A stretch of 61,240 bases of DNA. Source: Chloroflexota bacterium (GTDB lineage Bacteria > Chloroflexota > Limnocylindria > Limnocylindrales > CSP1-4). The position numbers and the translations under genes are program-made. This document shows, one piece after another, positions 52,327 to 61,240 of this stretch (positions are counted from its first letter, which is position 1; each line of letters opens with the position of its first letter). The stretch lies in the NCBI GenBank assembly GCA_017881915.1, contig JADGQK010000006.1, positions 1-61,240 of the forward strand, read 5' to 3'. Under the pieces are notes generated by a model. That model was not told the origin of the DNA and did no database searches. It saw only the letters and a list, made by a program, of their open reading frames with translations.

Positions 52327-55300
52327 CGTCGCCGGCGGGGTTCACCTCGGACAGGCGGGCGACGACGGCCTGGGTCAGTCCCCAGCCCAGCCGCGGATCA
52401 CGAGGCAGGCGGATCCGGACCTGGTTGCTGGCGAACGTCACATCGCCCGGACGCACCCCAGGCAGGCCCAGGCCGGCCGCCCGCTGCCCGCCCCCGGCCG
52501 GTCCGAGCAGGCGCATCGCCGTCGCCCGGCTCAGGGCGCCGAACCGGACGACAAGCTGGCCGTCCTCGCGCGAGATCGAGGCGATCCCCGCCGCCTCGGC
52601 CGCGAGGCGCAACTCGGCCACCTCCACCAGGCGCACGACCGGCAGGGGCAGCGGACCGAATCGATCGGCCGCCTCGCGCCGGAAGGCGCTCAGGTCGTCG
52701 GCATTGCGGGCCCGGGCGAGGCGCCGGTAGAGCTCCAGCTTCTGGGCTACGTCGGGCACGTATTCGTCAGGGAGATGGGCCTCGATCGGCAGGTCGAGGA
52801 CTGCCTGGGTCGGCGGCAGGTTCGGCTCGCGCTCCTCACGCCGGGCCTTGACCTCCTCGACGGCATCGGCCAGCAGCCGGCTGTACAGGTCGAAGCCCAC
52901 CGCGGCCATGTGGCCGGACTGCTCGCCGCCGAGGATGTTGCCGGCACCCCGGATCTCGAGGTCGGACAGCGCGATCTGGAAGCCGGCCCCCAGCTCGGAC
53001 GCATTGAAGATCGCCTGGAGCCGCTTGCGCGCCTCGTCCGACAGGCGCTCACGGCGGCGATAGAGGAGGTAGGCGAACGCCCGTCGGCTGGACCGTCCCA
53101 CCCGGCCCCGGAGCTGGTAGAGCTGGGCCAGCCCGAGCGTGTCGGCCCGGTCGATGATGATGGTGTTCGCGTTCGGGATGTCGAGCCCCGACTCGATGAT
53201 CGTGGTGCACACGAGGACGTCAGCCGCTCCGCCGGCGAAGGTGATCATCACCTGCTCCAGGCTGCCTTCGGGCATCTGGCCGTGGCCGACCACGATCCGA
53301 GCGTCGGGCAGCATCCCGCGCAGTTGCTGGGCCTGGGCCTCAATCGTCTCGACCCGGTTGTGGACGTAGAAGACCTGGCCACCCCGGTCGAGCTCACGCT
53401 CGATCGCGTCCCGGACGAGCCCGGCGGTGGCCTCGGCGACGCGCGTCTGGATCGGCAGGCGATCCTCCGGCGGCGTCTCGATCACGCTCAGGTCGCGCAC
53501 CCCGGCCAGGGCCAGGTTGAGCGTCCGCGGGATCGGCGTGGCCGACAGGGTCAGGACGTCAACCTCGCGCCGGAGCCGTTTCAGGCGTTCCTTGGCCGCG
53601 ACGCCAAAGCGCTGCTCCTCGTCGACGACGACCAGCCCCAGGTCGCGGAAATGAACATCCCTGGAGAGCAGTCGATGGGTGCCGATCACCAGGTCGACCG
53701 AACCGCTGGCCAGGCCGGCGATCGTCGCCGCCTGCTCTCGGGCCGGGACGAACCGGCTGAGCAGCCGTACGGTCAGCGGGAACGCGGCGAATCGCTGCGA
53801 GAACGTGGTGTCGTGCTGGGCGGCGAGCACGGTCGTCGGCACGAGGACGGCCACCTGGCGGCCGCCCTGGATCGCCTTGAACGCAGCCCGGATCGCCACC
53901 TCCGTCTTGCCGTAGCCAACATCGCCAACGACCAGGCGATCCATCGGCCGGCGCGACTCCATGTCGGCCTTCGTCTCCGCGACCGCCCGGAGCTGGTCGA
54001 CCGTCTCCTCGTACGGGAAGCTCGCTTCCATCTCGCCCTGCCAGGGCGTATCGAGCGCAAAGGAGTGGCCCTCAGCACCGGCGCGGGTCGCGTAGAGCTC
54101 GAGGAGCTCCTCGGCCAGGTCGTCGACGGCCTTCTTGACCCGCTGCTTCGTGCGCAGCCAGTCGGTGCCCCCGAGCCGGCTGAGGGCCGGGTGTTCGCCA
54201 CCGGAGTAGCGGCTCACCCGGGCAATCTGCTCGACCGGCACGTAGATCCGGTCGCCACCGGCGAAGCTCAGCTCGAGGTAGTCGCGTTCCTCGCCCGAAG
54301 CACCGCGCCGGAGCATCTGCTCGTAGCGGGCGATGCCGTGGTCGATGTGGACGACGAGGTCGCCTGCCGCGAGCCGCTCCAGGATGTCCCGCGGAACGAC
54401 CCGCCGGAGGGCCTTCGGACGGCGGACGCGAACCGAGCCAAAGAGCTCGCGATCGGTGATCACGAGCAGGCCGTCCGGGCCGCCACTGAAGCCACCGTTC
54501 AGGCTGCGCTCGATCAGGGTGATCGTACCGGGCGGCGGGGCGACAAGCAGCTTGTTCGTGACCCCAACCGGCCGGCCGGCCTCCGAGAGCAGCTCGGCCA
54601 GGCGGGGTGCCTGATCCGAGGCCAGGATGATCCGGACACCCTCCGCGCTCCATCCCTCGAGCGACTCGGCCAACCGGCCGGTCCGGGCGGCCGGCACGAC
54701 CGGCTCGCGCCAGCCGAAGAGATCACCCGACGACAGGCCCCGGGCGGCCATCGACGTGCCGGCGGCCTCGCTCGCCTCGGACTCCCAGGTGAGCTCCAGG
54801 GTCCGCGACCGGACCAGCCGGCTCTTCCAGTCGCGCGGCCCCAGGTACGTGACCGGCCAGTCCTTCGGCAGCTCGCCCGCGGCCACGAGCTCGGTCCGGC
54901 GCTCGTCCGCCTGGCGCCACAGGAATTGAGCCGCCTCGGCCAGGTCGCCCGGCTCGTCGAGGATGACCAGGGTCTCTGGGGCGATGTGGTCCAACCCGGT
55001 GGCCGGGCAGATGATGCCGGCCCAGATCTCGGCAGCATCCCCCGCATGGAGCGCCCGTCCTCCCTCGGAACGCGCGGTTGCCGCATGCGCCCCTTCGCTG
55101 CGCGTCCCCTCGAACCGGGCGAGGTCGACCACAAGGCGCTCGGGCAAACGCGCCACCGCCTTGCCCAACCCGGTCCGGATCAACTCTGCGCCGCCGGCCG
55201 GGATGAGGAATTCGGTGGCCGGCAGGAGCTCGATCGAGCCGATCCGCTCGGTCGTACGCTGGTCGGTCGGGTCAAAGCTGCGCAGCGAATCGACCTCGTC

Positions 55301-56161
55301 GCCGAACAGCTCGATCCGGACGGGCAGGGCCGAGCCGGGCGGGAAGACATCGACGATCCCACCCCGCCGGGCGAACTCGCCCCGACCGGCCACTTCGATG
55401 ACCGGCTGGTAGCCGAGACCGAGCAGCTCGAGCAGGAATCGGTCGAGCACGAGCCGATCGCCGGGCACGAGGCGGCGCGGCTGTGCGGGCAGATCGGCCG
55501 CGGTCAGGGTGTGCTGGAGGAGTGCCTGGACGCTGGCGACCAGGACCCGGGCAGTGCCGCTGCGCCAGGCCGCCAGCGCCGCGACCCGGGCGGCGGTCTC
55601 ATCGGGGACGAGCTCACTCCGCTCGTAGGCCAGGGCGGTCCGCGGCTCGAGCACCACGACCAACCCGGGGTCACCCAGCCAGGCCCCGAGCTCCTCCGCC
55701 AGGCGGTCGCCGATCTCGGAATCGCGGGCGATCCACAGGAGGCGCTCGCCGGTCGCCACCAGGGCCGCCCCGAGGAAACTCTTCGCCCCGTGCGGGATCG
55801 TCGTCAGGCCCGCGTGGCGCCCGCTCGAAGGGAGGGCCCCAGTCGCCAGCCCGATGCGCTCCCGAAGGGCGCCGAACGAGCCCGTGGCCACGAGGAGTGG
55901 CGGCAGGGCCGAGAGGTCGGGCACACGGCGCGCTGCTCGGGACACTGCCGCCTGCACGGTGGCCCTGGCCGCGGCCGACCTGACGACTTCGGCTGCCTCA
56001 AGGCGGCGAGCGTCGTCCACCTCGGCATCGACCGCTGCAACGTCGAAGTCGACGGCCGTCGATTCGGTCTTCGCCTTGCGCTCGGCGTACTCGCTCGAGA
56101 TCCGCTCGACGAGCCGGCGCTCGGCACCGCGTTTGCCCCGGAACGGCGGACGCTCGTTCAT
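52319..56161 (-). CDS. mfd: Transcription-repair coupling factor
   Basis: RGGIVDVF, VHIDHGIA, GDVGYGKT, DEEQRFG, QLRGRVGR, DLEIRGAG. Confidence 0.97.
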   Translation of the reverse strand: MNERPPFRGKRGAERRLVERISSEYAERKAKTESTAVDFDVAAVDAEVDDARRLEAAEVVRSAAARATVQAAVSRAARRVPDLSALPPLLVATGSFGALRERIGLATGALPSSGRHAGLTTIPHGAKSFLGAALVATGERLLWIARDSEIGDRLAEELGAWLGDPGLVVVLEPRTALAYERSELVPDETAARVAALAAWRSGTARVLVASVQALLQHTLTAADLPAQPRRLVPGDRLVLDRFLLELLGLGYQPVIEVAGRGEFARRGGIVDVFPPGSALPVRIELFGDEVDSLRSFDPTDQRTTERIGSIELLPATEFLIPAGGAELIRTGLGKAVARLPERLVVDLARFEGTRSEGAHAATARSEGGRALHAGDAAEIWAGIICPATGLDHIAPETLVILDEPGDLAEAAQFLWRQADERRTELVAAGELPKDWPVTYLGPRDWKSRLVRSRTLELTWESEASEAAGTSMAARGLSSGDLFGWREPVVPAARTGRLAESLEGWSAEGVRIILASDQAPRLAELLSEAGRPVGVTNKLLVAPPPGTITLIERSLNGGFSGGPDGLLVITDRELFGSVRVRRPKALRRVVPRDILERLAAGDLVVHIDHGIARYEQMLRRGASGEERDYLELSFAGGDRIYVPVEQIARVSRYSGGEHPALSRLGGTDWLRTKQRVKKAVDDLAEELLELYATRAGAEGHSFALDTPWQGEMEASFPYEETVDQLRAVAETKADMESRRPMDRLVVGDVGYGKTEVAIRAAFKAIQGGRQVAVLVPTTVLAAQHDTTFSQRFAAFPLTVRLLSRFVPAREQAATIAGLASGSVDLVIGTHRLLSRDVHFRDLGLVVVDEEQRFGVAAKERLKRLRREVDVLTLSATPIPRTLNLALAGVRDLSVIETPPEDRLPIQTRVAEATAGLVRDAIERELDRGGQVFYVHNRVETIEAQAQQLRGMLPDARIVVGHGQMPEGSLEQVMITFAGGAADVLVCTTIIESGLDIPNANTIIIDRADTLGLAQLYQLRGRVGRSSRRAFAYLLYRRRERLSDEARKRLQAIFNASELGAGFQIALSDLEIRGAGNILGGEQSGHMAAVGFDLYSRLLADAVEEVKARREEREPNLPPTQAVLDLPIEAHLPDEYVPDVAQKLELYRRLARARNADDLSAFRREAADRFGPLPLPVVRLVEVAELRLAAEAAGIASISREDGQLVVRFGALSRATAMRLLGPAGGGQRAAGLGLPGVRPGDVTFASNQVRIRLPRDPRLGWGLTQAVVARLSEVNPAGDDA

Positions 56162-56844
56162 TCCTCGGTGTCGGCCGGGCGGGGCTTGCGCCAGCCGGTC
56201 TTCGTCCGGCGCACGCCATCGCTGCCCGGCGGTCCGTCGACCTCGCCCGGCGCGGCCAGTCGCTCGGCATCGGCCGGGCGGAGCAGGAAGCTGTTGAAGC
56301 GGTTGGCGGCCTTCGAGGTGCCATCTCGGGCCCAGGCCTCGACGGCGTCCGCGGCTGCCTCGAGGAACTCATCGAGGCGTCCCTGCTCATCGGCGCTGAA
56401 CGCGGAGAGAACGTGGTCGAGCGCGCCGTGATCGGGATCGCCGATCCCCACCCGAAGCCGGCTGAAGCCCTCGTTCGAGAGCTCGTCGATGATCGAGCCC
56501 AGACCGTTGTGGCCACCCGCGCCCCCACCCTCGCGGAAGCGCAGCTTGCCGAACGGCAGCGCGAAATCGTCGGCCACGACGAGCAGGTCGACCAGCGGCG
56601 CGTGCTCGCGAGCAAGGACCTTGCGGACGGCCAGGCCCGAGTCGTTCATGAACGTCAGGGGCTTGACCAGGATGAGATCGAGGCCCCGGAAGCGACCCTG
56701 GACGACCGAGCTCGCATCGCGCGTCCGGCCGCGCCCTGACCAGCCGGCCCGATCGGCAATCCGATCGAGCACCATCCAGCCGGCGTTATGGCGGGTCTTC
56801 GCGTACTGGCTGCCTGGGTTCCCCAGGCCAACGACGATCTTCAC
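56158..56844 (-). CDS. pth: Peptidyl-tRNA hydrolase
   Basis: GLGNPG, TRHN, KPLTFMN, GGHNG, RLRVGIG. Confidence 0.97.
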   Translation of the reverse strand: MKIVVGLGNPGSQYAKTRHNAGWMVLDRIADRAGWSGRGRTRDASSVVQGRFRGLDLILVKPLTFMNDSGLAVRKVLAREHAPLVDLLVVADDFALPFGKLRFREGGGAGGHNGLGSIIDELSNEGFSRLRVGIGDPDHGALDHVLSAFSADEQGRLDEFLEAAADAVEAWARDGTSKAANRFNSFLLRPADAERLAAPGEVDGPPGSDGVRRTKTGWRKPRPADTEE

Positions 56845-56998
56845 CGATGCTCCGTGGCATGCCGAAGGGGCCCAAACCGTCCTCGGCGGGCCACGCCCCG
56901 ATGGTATCAGCGTCGTGCGACCCGGGCCTGACCCGGCCCGCGTCCCTGGCCCAAGGTTCGGCCGCCGCGCCAGGCTGTCGGGCGGCCTGGTGGCGGCC

Positions 56999-57106
56999 TG
57001 GTCCGAGCCCTGGTCCGAGGCCTGGTCCGAGGCCTGGTCCGAGGCCTGGTCCGAGGCCTGGTCCGAGCCCTGGTCCGAGCCCTGGTCCGAGCCCTGGTCC
57101 GAGCCC
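56999..57106. repeat. 12-bp tandem repeat TGGTCCGAG(C/G)CC x9
   Basis: Nine contiguous units in the order C,G,G,G,G,C,C,C,C; no spacers. Confidence 0.95.
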
Positions 57107-57109
57107 TTG

Positions 57110-57297
57110 CCGTCGCTATATACATCCCAGGTTTAGTGGACGCGCCTGCGTGCCGGAATCGGTGCTCGCGGAGCTCCCCGGTGACCCTCGGGCCACCGGT
57201 CCATGCACGAAACCCGGTCAGCGGACCAGCCCAGACCTGCCCGGACCGGCAATCGACGCCGGAAACGTGCTCGCTAGACCTGGGATGTCTGCGGCGG
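57110..57297. repeat. Long-palindromic element C
   Basis: ACATCCCAGGTTTAGTG (57122-57138) / CGCTAGACCTGGGATGT (57272-57288), plus outer CCGTCGC/GCGGCGG. Confidence 0.65.
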
Positions 57298-57656
57298 ACG
57301 TCGGCGCAGATCGGACCTGGTCTTCTCATCCGCACGGCGACCCACCTCGTCGGCGTCGAGATCGAGGGCCCGAGCCAGCCCTTCCTGCTCGTCAGCTCTG
57401 CGGAGCGCGATCGCGGCCAGGACAGCCTCGACCGGGCTGGCACTCCACCTTGCGTTGAGGACATCAACGTGACGATTCATGTGGCTCGGCGTGCATCGAC
57501 GACTGCCTTGACCCCGCTGGCGTCCTGGTCGGCTTCACCCTTGACAGGCCGATGGGGCGGGCGCACGTTTGCCTCATGGGAGTACAGCCTCCTGGGATAG
57601 CCGCCGATGCGGCGCGCAAGGCTCTCCCTGCGAACCAGGTGGCCAGGATCGGCTCG

Positions 57657-58514
57657 ATGTTCTTGCCCAGGTTCCGTGTCCGCCGGGCCGCGGCGCGATT
57701 CCTTGCGGCCCTGTTCGTGGTGCTCGGCCTGGCGGGCTGTTCAGCGACGCCCGGTGCGACCGTCCCGGCTGCGACGACGCCCGGCGTGACGGCCCCACTT
57801 GCGACGACTCCGGTTGCGACGTGGCCGGTGTCGCCCGAACCGCTCCCAGAGGCCACGTCGGGCAGCGCGGATGCGAGTCTCACCTGTGGCGGGCGGACGT
57901 TTCCCGCATCCGGGCTGGAGGCTCCGACGGGCGCGGAGAAGGCGTCCGGCCCGGAGTTCGACGCCTTGCGGGCAACTCTGGCGAAGCTCGCCAGCGAGTT
58001 TCCCGGCGCCTCGGGCTGGTCGTGGCGATTGGCCGGTCGCGATGCGAGTGGCGCGATCTTTCTGGCCCAGACCAACGCGCTCGAGCCTCCCGTCTGGGTC
58101 TCGGTCGAAGTGACTACCGGTGCGAACGGCTGGCAGCCGGGGAGCATGGGCCAGTGCAACCTGCGGGTCGTCCTCTCAGCGGAATACGGACCGGCGAGCT
58201 GGGCGCTCGACCCAGCATTCCCGGCTCCGACAGCCGACACGACCGAGCTCCACCTCCTGGTCTGGGAGGTGGCATGCTCGAGCGGGTCGCCAGCGACCGG
58301 GCGGATGTCGGCGCCAGTCATCGAATCCACCTCCTCAACATTGACCATTACCATCGGGGTCCGACCACTCCCGGCTGCCCCCGGGACCGCATTCACCTGC
58401 CCAATGCCAAAGGGGACGCCGGCAAGCCTGCGCCTGTCAGAGCCGCTCGGGAATCGGACGCTGCTCGATGGCGGAACCGTGCCGCCAGCCCCGCCGTCGC
58501 CAGCGTTCGGCTGA
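57657..58514 (+). CDS. Lipoprotein of unknown function
   Basis: LAGC lipobox, Thr/Pro linker, C-terminal CSSG...EPLGNRTLLDG domain. Confidence 0.75.
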   Translation: MFLPRFRVRRAAARFLAALFVVLGLAGCSATPGATVPAATTPGVTAPLATTPVATWPVSPEPLPEATSGSADASLTCGGRTFPASGLEAPTGAEKASGPEFDALRATLAKLASEFPGASGWSWRLAGRDASGAIFLAQTNALEPPVWVSVEVTTGANGWQPGSMGQCNLRVVLSAEYGPASWALDPAFPAPTADTTELHLLVWEVACSSGSPATGRMSAPVIESTSSTLTITIGVRPLPAAPGTAFTCPMPKGTPASLRLSEPLGNRTLLDGGTVPPAPPSPAFG

Positions 58515-58631
58515 CTCCTGTCGCCTTCGGGTGGCCAGCCGAAGCGGGCACGTCGCGCCCCGTTGGCCGGGAGTTGGAAATGTCACTCGACGACGATCGC
58601 GGCTTCGCCCGATGCCGAGCTCATCCCATCC

Positions 58632-59483
58632 TTACGAGGGCCGGTTGAGCACGTCCTTGTCCGCGGTCACGGGATCGGCCGGCGATGCCGGCCACGCCTC
58701 TAGCCGGCTGTCCGCGAGCAGATCGTTGATCAGTTCCGTCGAGCCGCCGACAAAGGTCGAGTCGAGGTCGATCTCGCTCGCCACGAACCAGCTCCGATCA
58801 GCGGGCCAGATGAGGTTGGGTGATTCCCGGTGGAGGGTGGCAGCCGATGGCGCTGGTGGTCGATGGCTCACCTTCTCGGTCTTTTTCGGCCACACGAAGG
58901 CCCGCGCACGCTCGCGAAACCCGATGGACCTTCTGTCGAGGGCCCTCATTCGAAGGGAACCGTCCGAGAGATCCTCCCGCCACCCGAGATCCGAGATCGC
59001 GACCAGCGGTCCCTCGAACAACAGGTACGTCCTGTTCGGCAGCCCGAGCTTCGCCGCCAGCCGCATTTCAACGGCCATCCAGTCGATCCAGCCGTAGCCC
59101 TCCCACAGGCCGAAATGGCATCGGTCGGGCATCGTCGTGTGTCGGGCAAGGACATCGGACAGGGCCTCAAGCGTGGCGGGCGGTAGTGCTCCGTCATGCG
59201 GAGGCGCGGTGAAAGGCCTCGGCACGGAGGGACGCCCTCGTTCGCGCGCCATCGGCTCGAACTCGGCCATGGCATGCGCCGATCCGCCGGACCAGGCGGC
59301 AACCGTGGCCCACCGAACCGGCGCCCCATCGGCCGCCCAGGCCGGATGCAGGATCCGCGCATAGGCCTCGAAGACCGGCGGGACGAGCGCTCGAACGCCA
59401 CTACCGAAAGGGCCGATCGTCTCCTCAATCCAGGACGCAGCCGAGTCGTCGTTGGCAGGGCGGAGCATTCCGTCCGTTCTCAT
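58632..59483 (-). CDS. Conserved hypothetical protein
   Basis: FEAYARILHP, GLWEGYG, SPNLIWPADRSWFVASEIDLDSTFVGG resemble an actinobacterial hypothetical family. Confidence 0.75.
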   Translation of the reverse strand: MRTDGMLRPANDDSAASWIEETIGPFGSGVRALVPPVFEAYARILHPAWAADGAPVRWATVAAWSGGSAHAMAEFEPMARERGRPSVPRPFTAPPHDGALPPATLEALSDVLARHTTMPDRCHFGLWEGYGWIDWMAVEMRLAAKLGLPNRTYLLFEGPLVAISDLGWREDLSDGSLRMRALDRRSIGFRERARAFVWPKKTEKVSHRPPAPSAATLHRESPNLIWPADRSWFVASEIDLDSTFVGGSTELINDLLADSRLEAWPASPADPVTADKDVLNRPS

Positions 59484-59691
59484 CTCGGCATTCTGACCGG
59501 CCTCCGGGGTTCCATCACGCAGCACGCCAGGGCCTCCCGGCGGGTCCCGGCGTCCGCGCTCGTGAGCACTGACAAGGTTCACGGAATGGGCATTACACCT
59601 GGGGTACTCAGCCCTTGACGGCCGGGAGGGTTCGGCGCAGCGTTGGACTCGGATCGCCGTCGGTCTCGACGGTGGACTTCAGAGGAGCGAG

Positions 59692-59907
59692 ATGCCCGAA
59701 CCCAAGCCCAAGCAGGCGGTCCGCAACGCCGGGGCGTTCCTCAATCCCGACTCGTACTCGATGATCCCCGTGCCGATGAGCACGCTCAGCGACGAATACC
59801 ACGATGCGCCCACAGAGCCTGAGGACTCCGAGCGAGTCCCGGAGCCGGAGCCGCCGAGCCGCATCCGTCGCGTCGTCGATCGGCTGGTGCGTCGCCCGAA
59901 CCCGTAA
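59692..59907 (+). CDS. Small hypothetical protein
   Basis: AGGAG RBS, GC3-rich codons, 71 aa. Confidence 0.55.
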   Translation: MPEPKPKQAVRNAGAFLNPDSYSMIPVPMSTLSDEYHDAPTEPEDSERVPEPEPPSRIRRVVDRLVRRPNP

Positions 59908-59979
59908 CCGGCGGTCAGGTACAACGGCCTCGGGCGTACCTCCGCGTGTGATACAGCCAGGTACGCGGAACGGCGGACC

Positions 59980-60471
59980 CTACGGCATCGACCAGCGTGC
60001 AGGCGGAATCTCGAAGGCCACAACCGTGGCGGCGGTCACTGGGCCGCCCCTCTGGGTGCCGATTTCCACTGCGGCGACCTTGTCCGTGCCCACGAACCTC
60101 ACATAGGCACCCTGGAGAGGTCCTGCGACGGCCGGGCAGCTGTACACCCCCGACGGGAACGGGCCGCCACAGTTGAAGCTGAACGGGCCGATCGTGACAG
60201 CCTTCACCGGGTAGCCGAGGCTCATTACCGCGTTGAGGACGGCGTTCTCAGAGGAGGTCGAACAATAGGCGGGGGGCGGGGAGGAAGCTCCAAGTCCGCT
60301 CGTGATCGGTAGGCACACGAAGACGATGCTCGCCATCGGAGACGGGCTCGGCGTCGTGGAGAGCGTGGGCACACTCGTCGGCGAAGGCAAACCGGTCGGC
60401 GTCGAGGACGGCAGCGGCATCGCGCATCCCGCGAGCAGGACACAGAGCAGGGCGGCGGCGAACGTCCTCAT
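59980..60471 (-). CDS. Lipoprotein of unknown function
   Basis: MRTFAAALLCVLLAGC lipobox, S/T/P linker, four further Cys. Confidence 0.7.
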   Translation of the reverse strand: MRTFAAALLCVLLAGCAMPLPSSTPTGLPSPTSVPTLSTTPSPSPMASIVFVCLPITSGLGASSPPPAYCSTSSENAVLNAVMSLGYPVKAVTIGPFSFNCGGPFPSGVYSCPAVAGPLQGAYVRFVGTDKVAAVEIGTQRGGPVTAATVVAFEIPPARWSMP

Positions 60472-60614
60472 CGTCACGCAGACGGTGCACGGGCCCCGCT
60501 GGTTGCGCCAGGGCAACTCGTCGACTGCCTGCGCCAGCCAAGGTGTGGTATGGCGACCTTCGCTGAACGACTCGGATCGCCCGCTGCCTGGACTTGGTTG
60601 ACGCCGGGACGGGC

Positions 60615-61240
60615 TTACGGCGCGGACGACCCCCCGCCCCGGTCCTCCAGTTCCCACGCGTGATCCATGACGTGCTGGGCGGTCCGGCGCACGAGGAACT
60701 GGATCGGCCAGGTCCGCGCGGGCTTGCCTTCGGCGTTGTAGGCGCGGATCGCAGCGAGGTACGCCTGCCGGTGGGCCGTGAGGCCGTCCGGGGTGAGGAC
60801 GATCTCGCGCGGGGTCCGGACCTCGACCTTGCGCGAGAACTGATCGGCCTCGCTGGCGTACACGTGGCGGATGATCTGGTCGCGACTGCGCCCGGCGCTC
60901 CGCAGGCCAGCGCGGAGCTCGGCCGAGACGCGGCTCGCGATGTCGTCGAACTCGGCCCAGCAGGCGCATAGGAGGTCGAGCCGCCGTTCCAGGTCGGCCG
61001 GAGACAGCACCTCGCCCTCGATCTGCGACGGCACGTGCGCGATGCCCCAGAAGTCGGTCGAGCTCGACCCGGGGACGCGTTCGACGACCATCATGTCGCG
61101 CGCCCGTGCGAAGGCGTCCTCCGTGCCGGCCCGCTCGGCGACGCCCGCGTACCTCGGGTGGTACGTCGATAGCTTGTCGAGTGCCTCGTCCTCCGACGTC
61201 CCCCAGCGATCGAGGCCGGGCCAGTCCATTGCACCCGCAA
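60615..61240 (-). CDS. Hypothetical protein (5' end outside window)
   Basis: DWPGLDRWG...IIRHV...RRTAQHVMDHAWELED; His pattern reminiscent of DinB-like proteins. Confidence 0.7.
   Translation of the reverse strand, partial: AGAMDWPGLDRWGTSEDEALDKLSTYHPRYAGVAERAGTEDAFARARDMMVVERVPGSSSTDFWGIAHVPSQIEGEVLSPADLERRLDLLCACWAEFDDIASRVSAELRAGLRSAGRSRDQIIRHVYASEADQFSRKVEVRTPREIVLTPDGLTAHRQAYLAAIRAYNAEGKPARTWPIQFLVRRTAQHVMDHAWELEDRGGGSSAP

Noticed and set aside
52109-56431. 1440-aa plus-strand ORF
   Set aside because: Antisense shadow of mfd.
56999-57106. CRISPR array
   Set aside because: 12-bp contiguous units with no spacers; no cas genes.
56907-57125. Arg/Thr-rich leader peptide (MYIATARARTR...) regulating pth
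   Set aside because: No RBS; a likely pth -10 box lies downstream at ~56901-56909; the ORF is explained by a stop-free 12-bp repeat.
57274-57480. 68-aa minus-strand ORF
   Set aside because: No motif or clear RBS, and it runs into hairpin C; cannot be supported.

Overview
High-GC bacterial chromosomal window. Gene content, including a small SWIM-type protein, suggests a Chloroflexota-like organism (inference only). It is mostly core metabolism on the minus strand. (1) A ~12.4-kb tightly coupled unit ask-birA-ECF sigma-putative anti-sigma-accD-accA-[Lys-less BCCP paralogue]-accC-fabZ-metallophosphoesterase-fabF-accB-fabH-fabG. (2) hom-thrC-thrB, with trpS and an AI-2E transporter on the plus strand. 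(3) A divergent locus of two phytoene-desaturase-like flavoproteins and a GcvT-like protein. (4) A cobalamin-riboswitch-controlled BtuFCD-type transporter. (5) A three-gene exported module: clan-CD-like peptidase, stand-alone FTP/PepSY-like protein and lipoprotein. (6) manC-PMM-cupin, and SAM/purine salvage genes (apt, mtnA, ahcY, metK) with GH2/GH36 galactosidases and a methyltransferase between ahcY and metK. (7) MFS, mfd, pth and several lipoproteins/hypotheticals. The most notable unexplained signals are three 170-200-bp long-palindromic intergenic elements (two abut short tandem-repeat arrays and share identically spaced motifs), a bacterial BADC-like non-biotinylatable BCCP, the putative protease/propeptide module, many apparently leaderless genes, and a Bug/MOSC chimeric junction at the window start. 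No rRNA, tRNA, CRISPR array or transposase was recognised.
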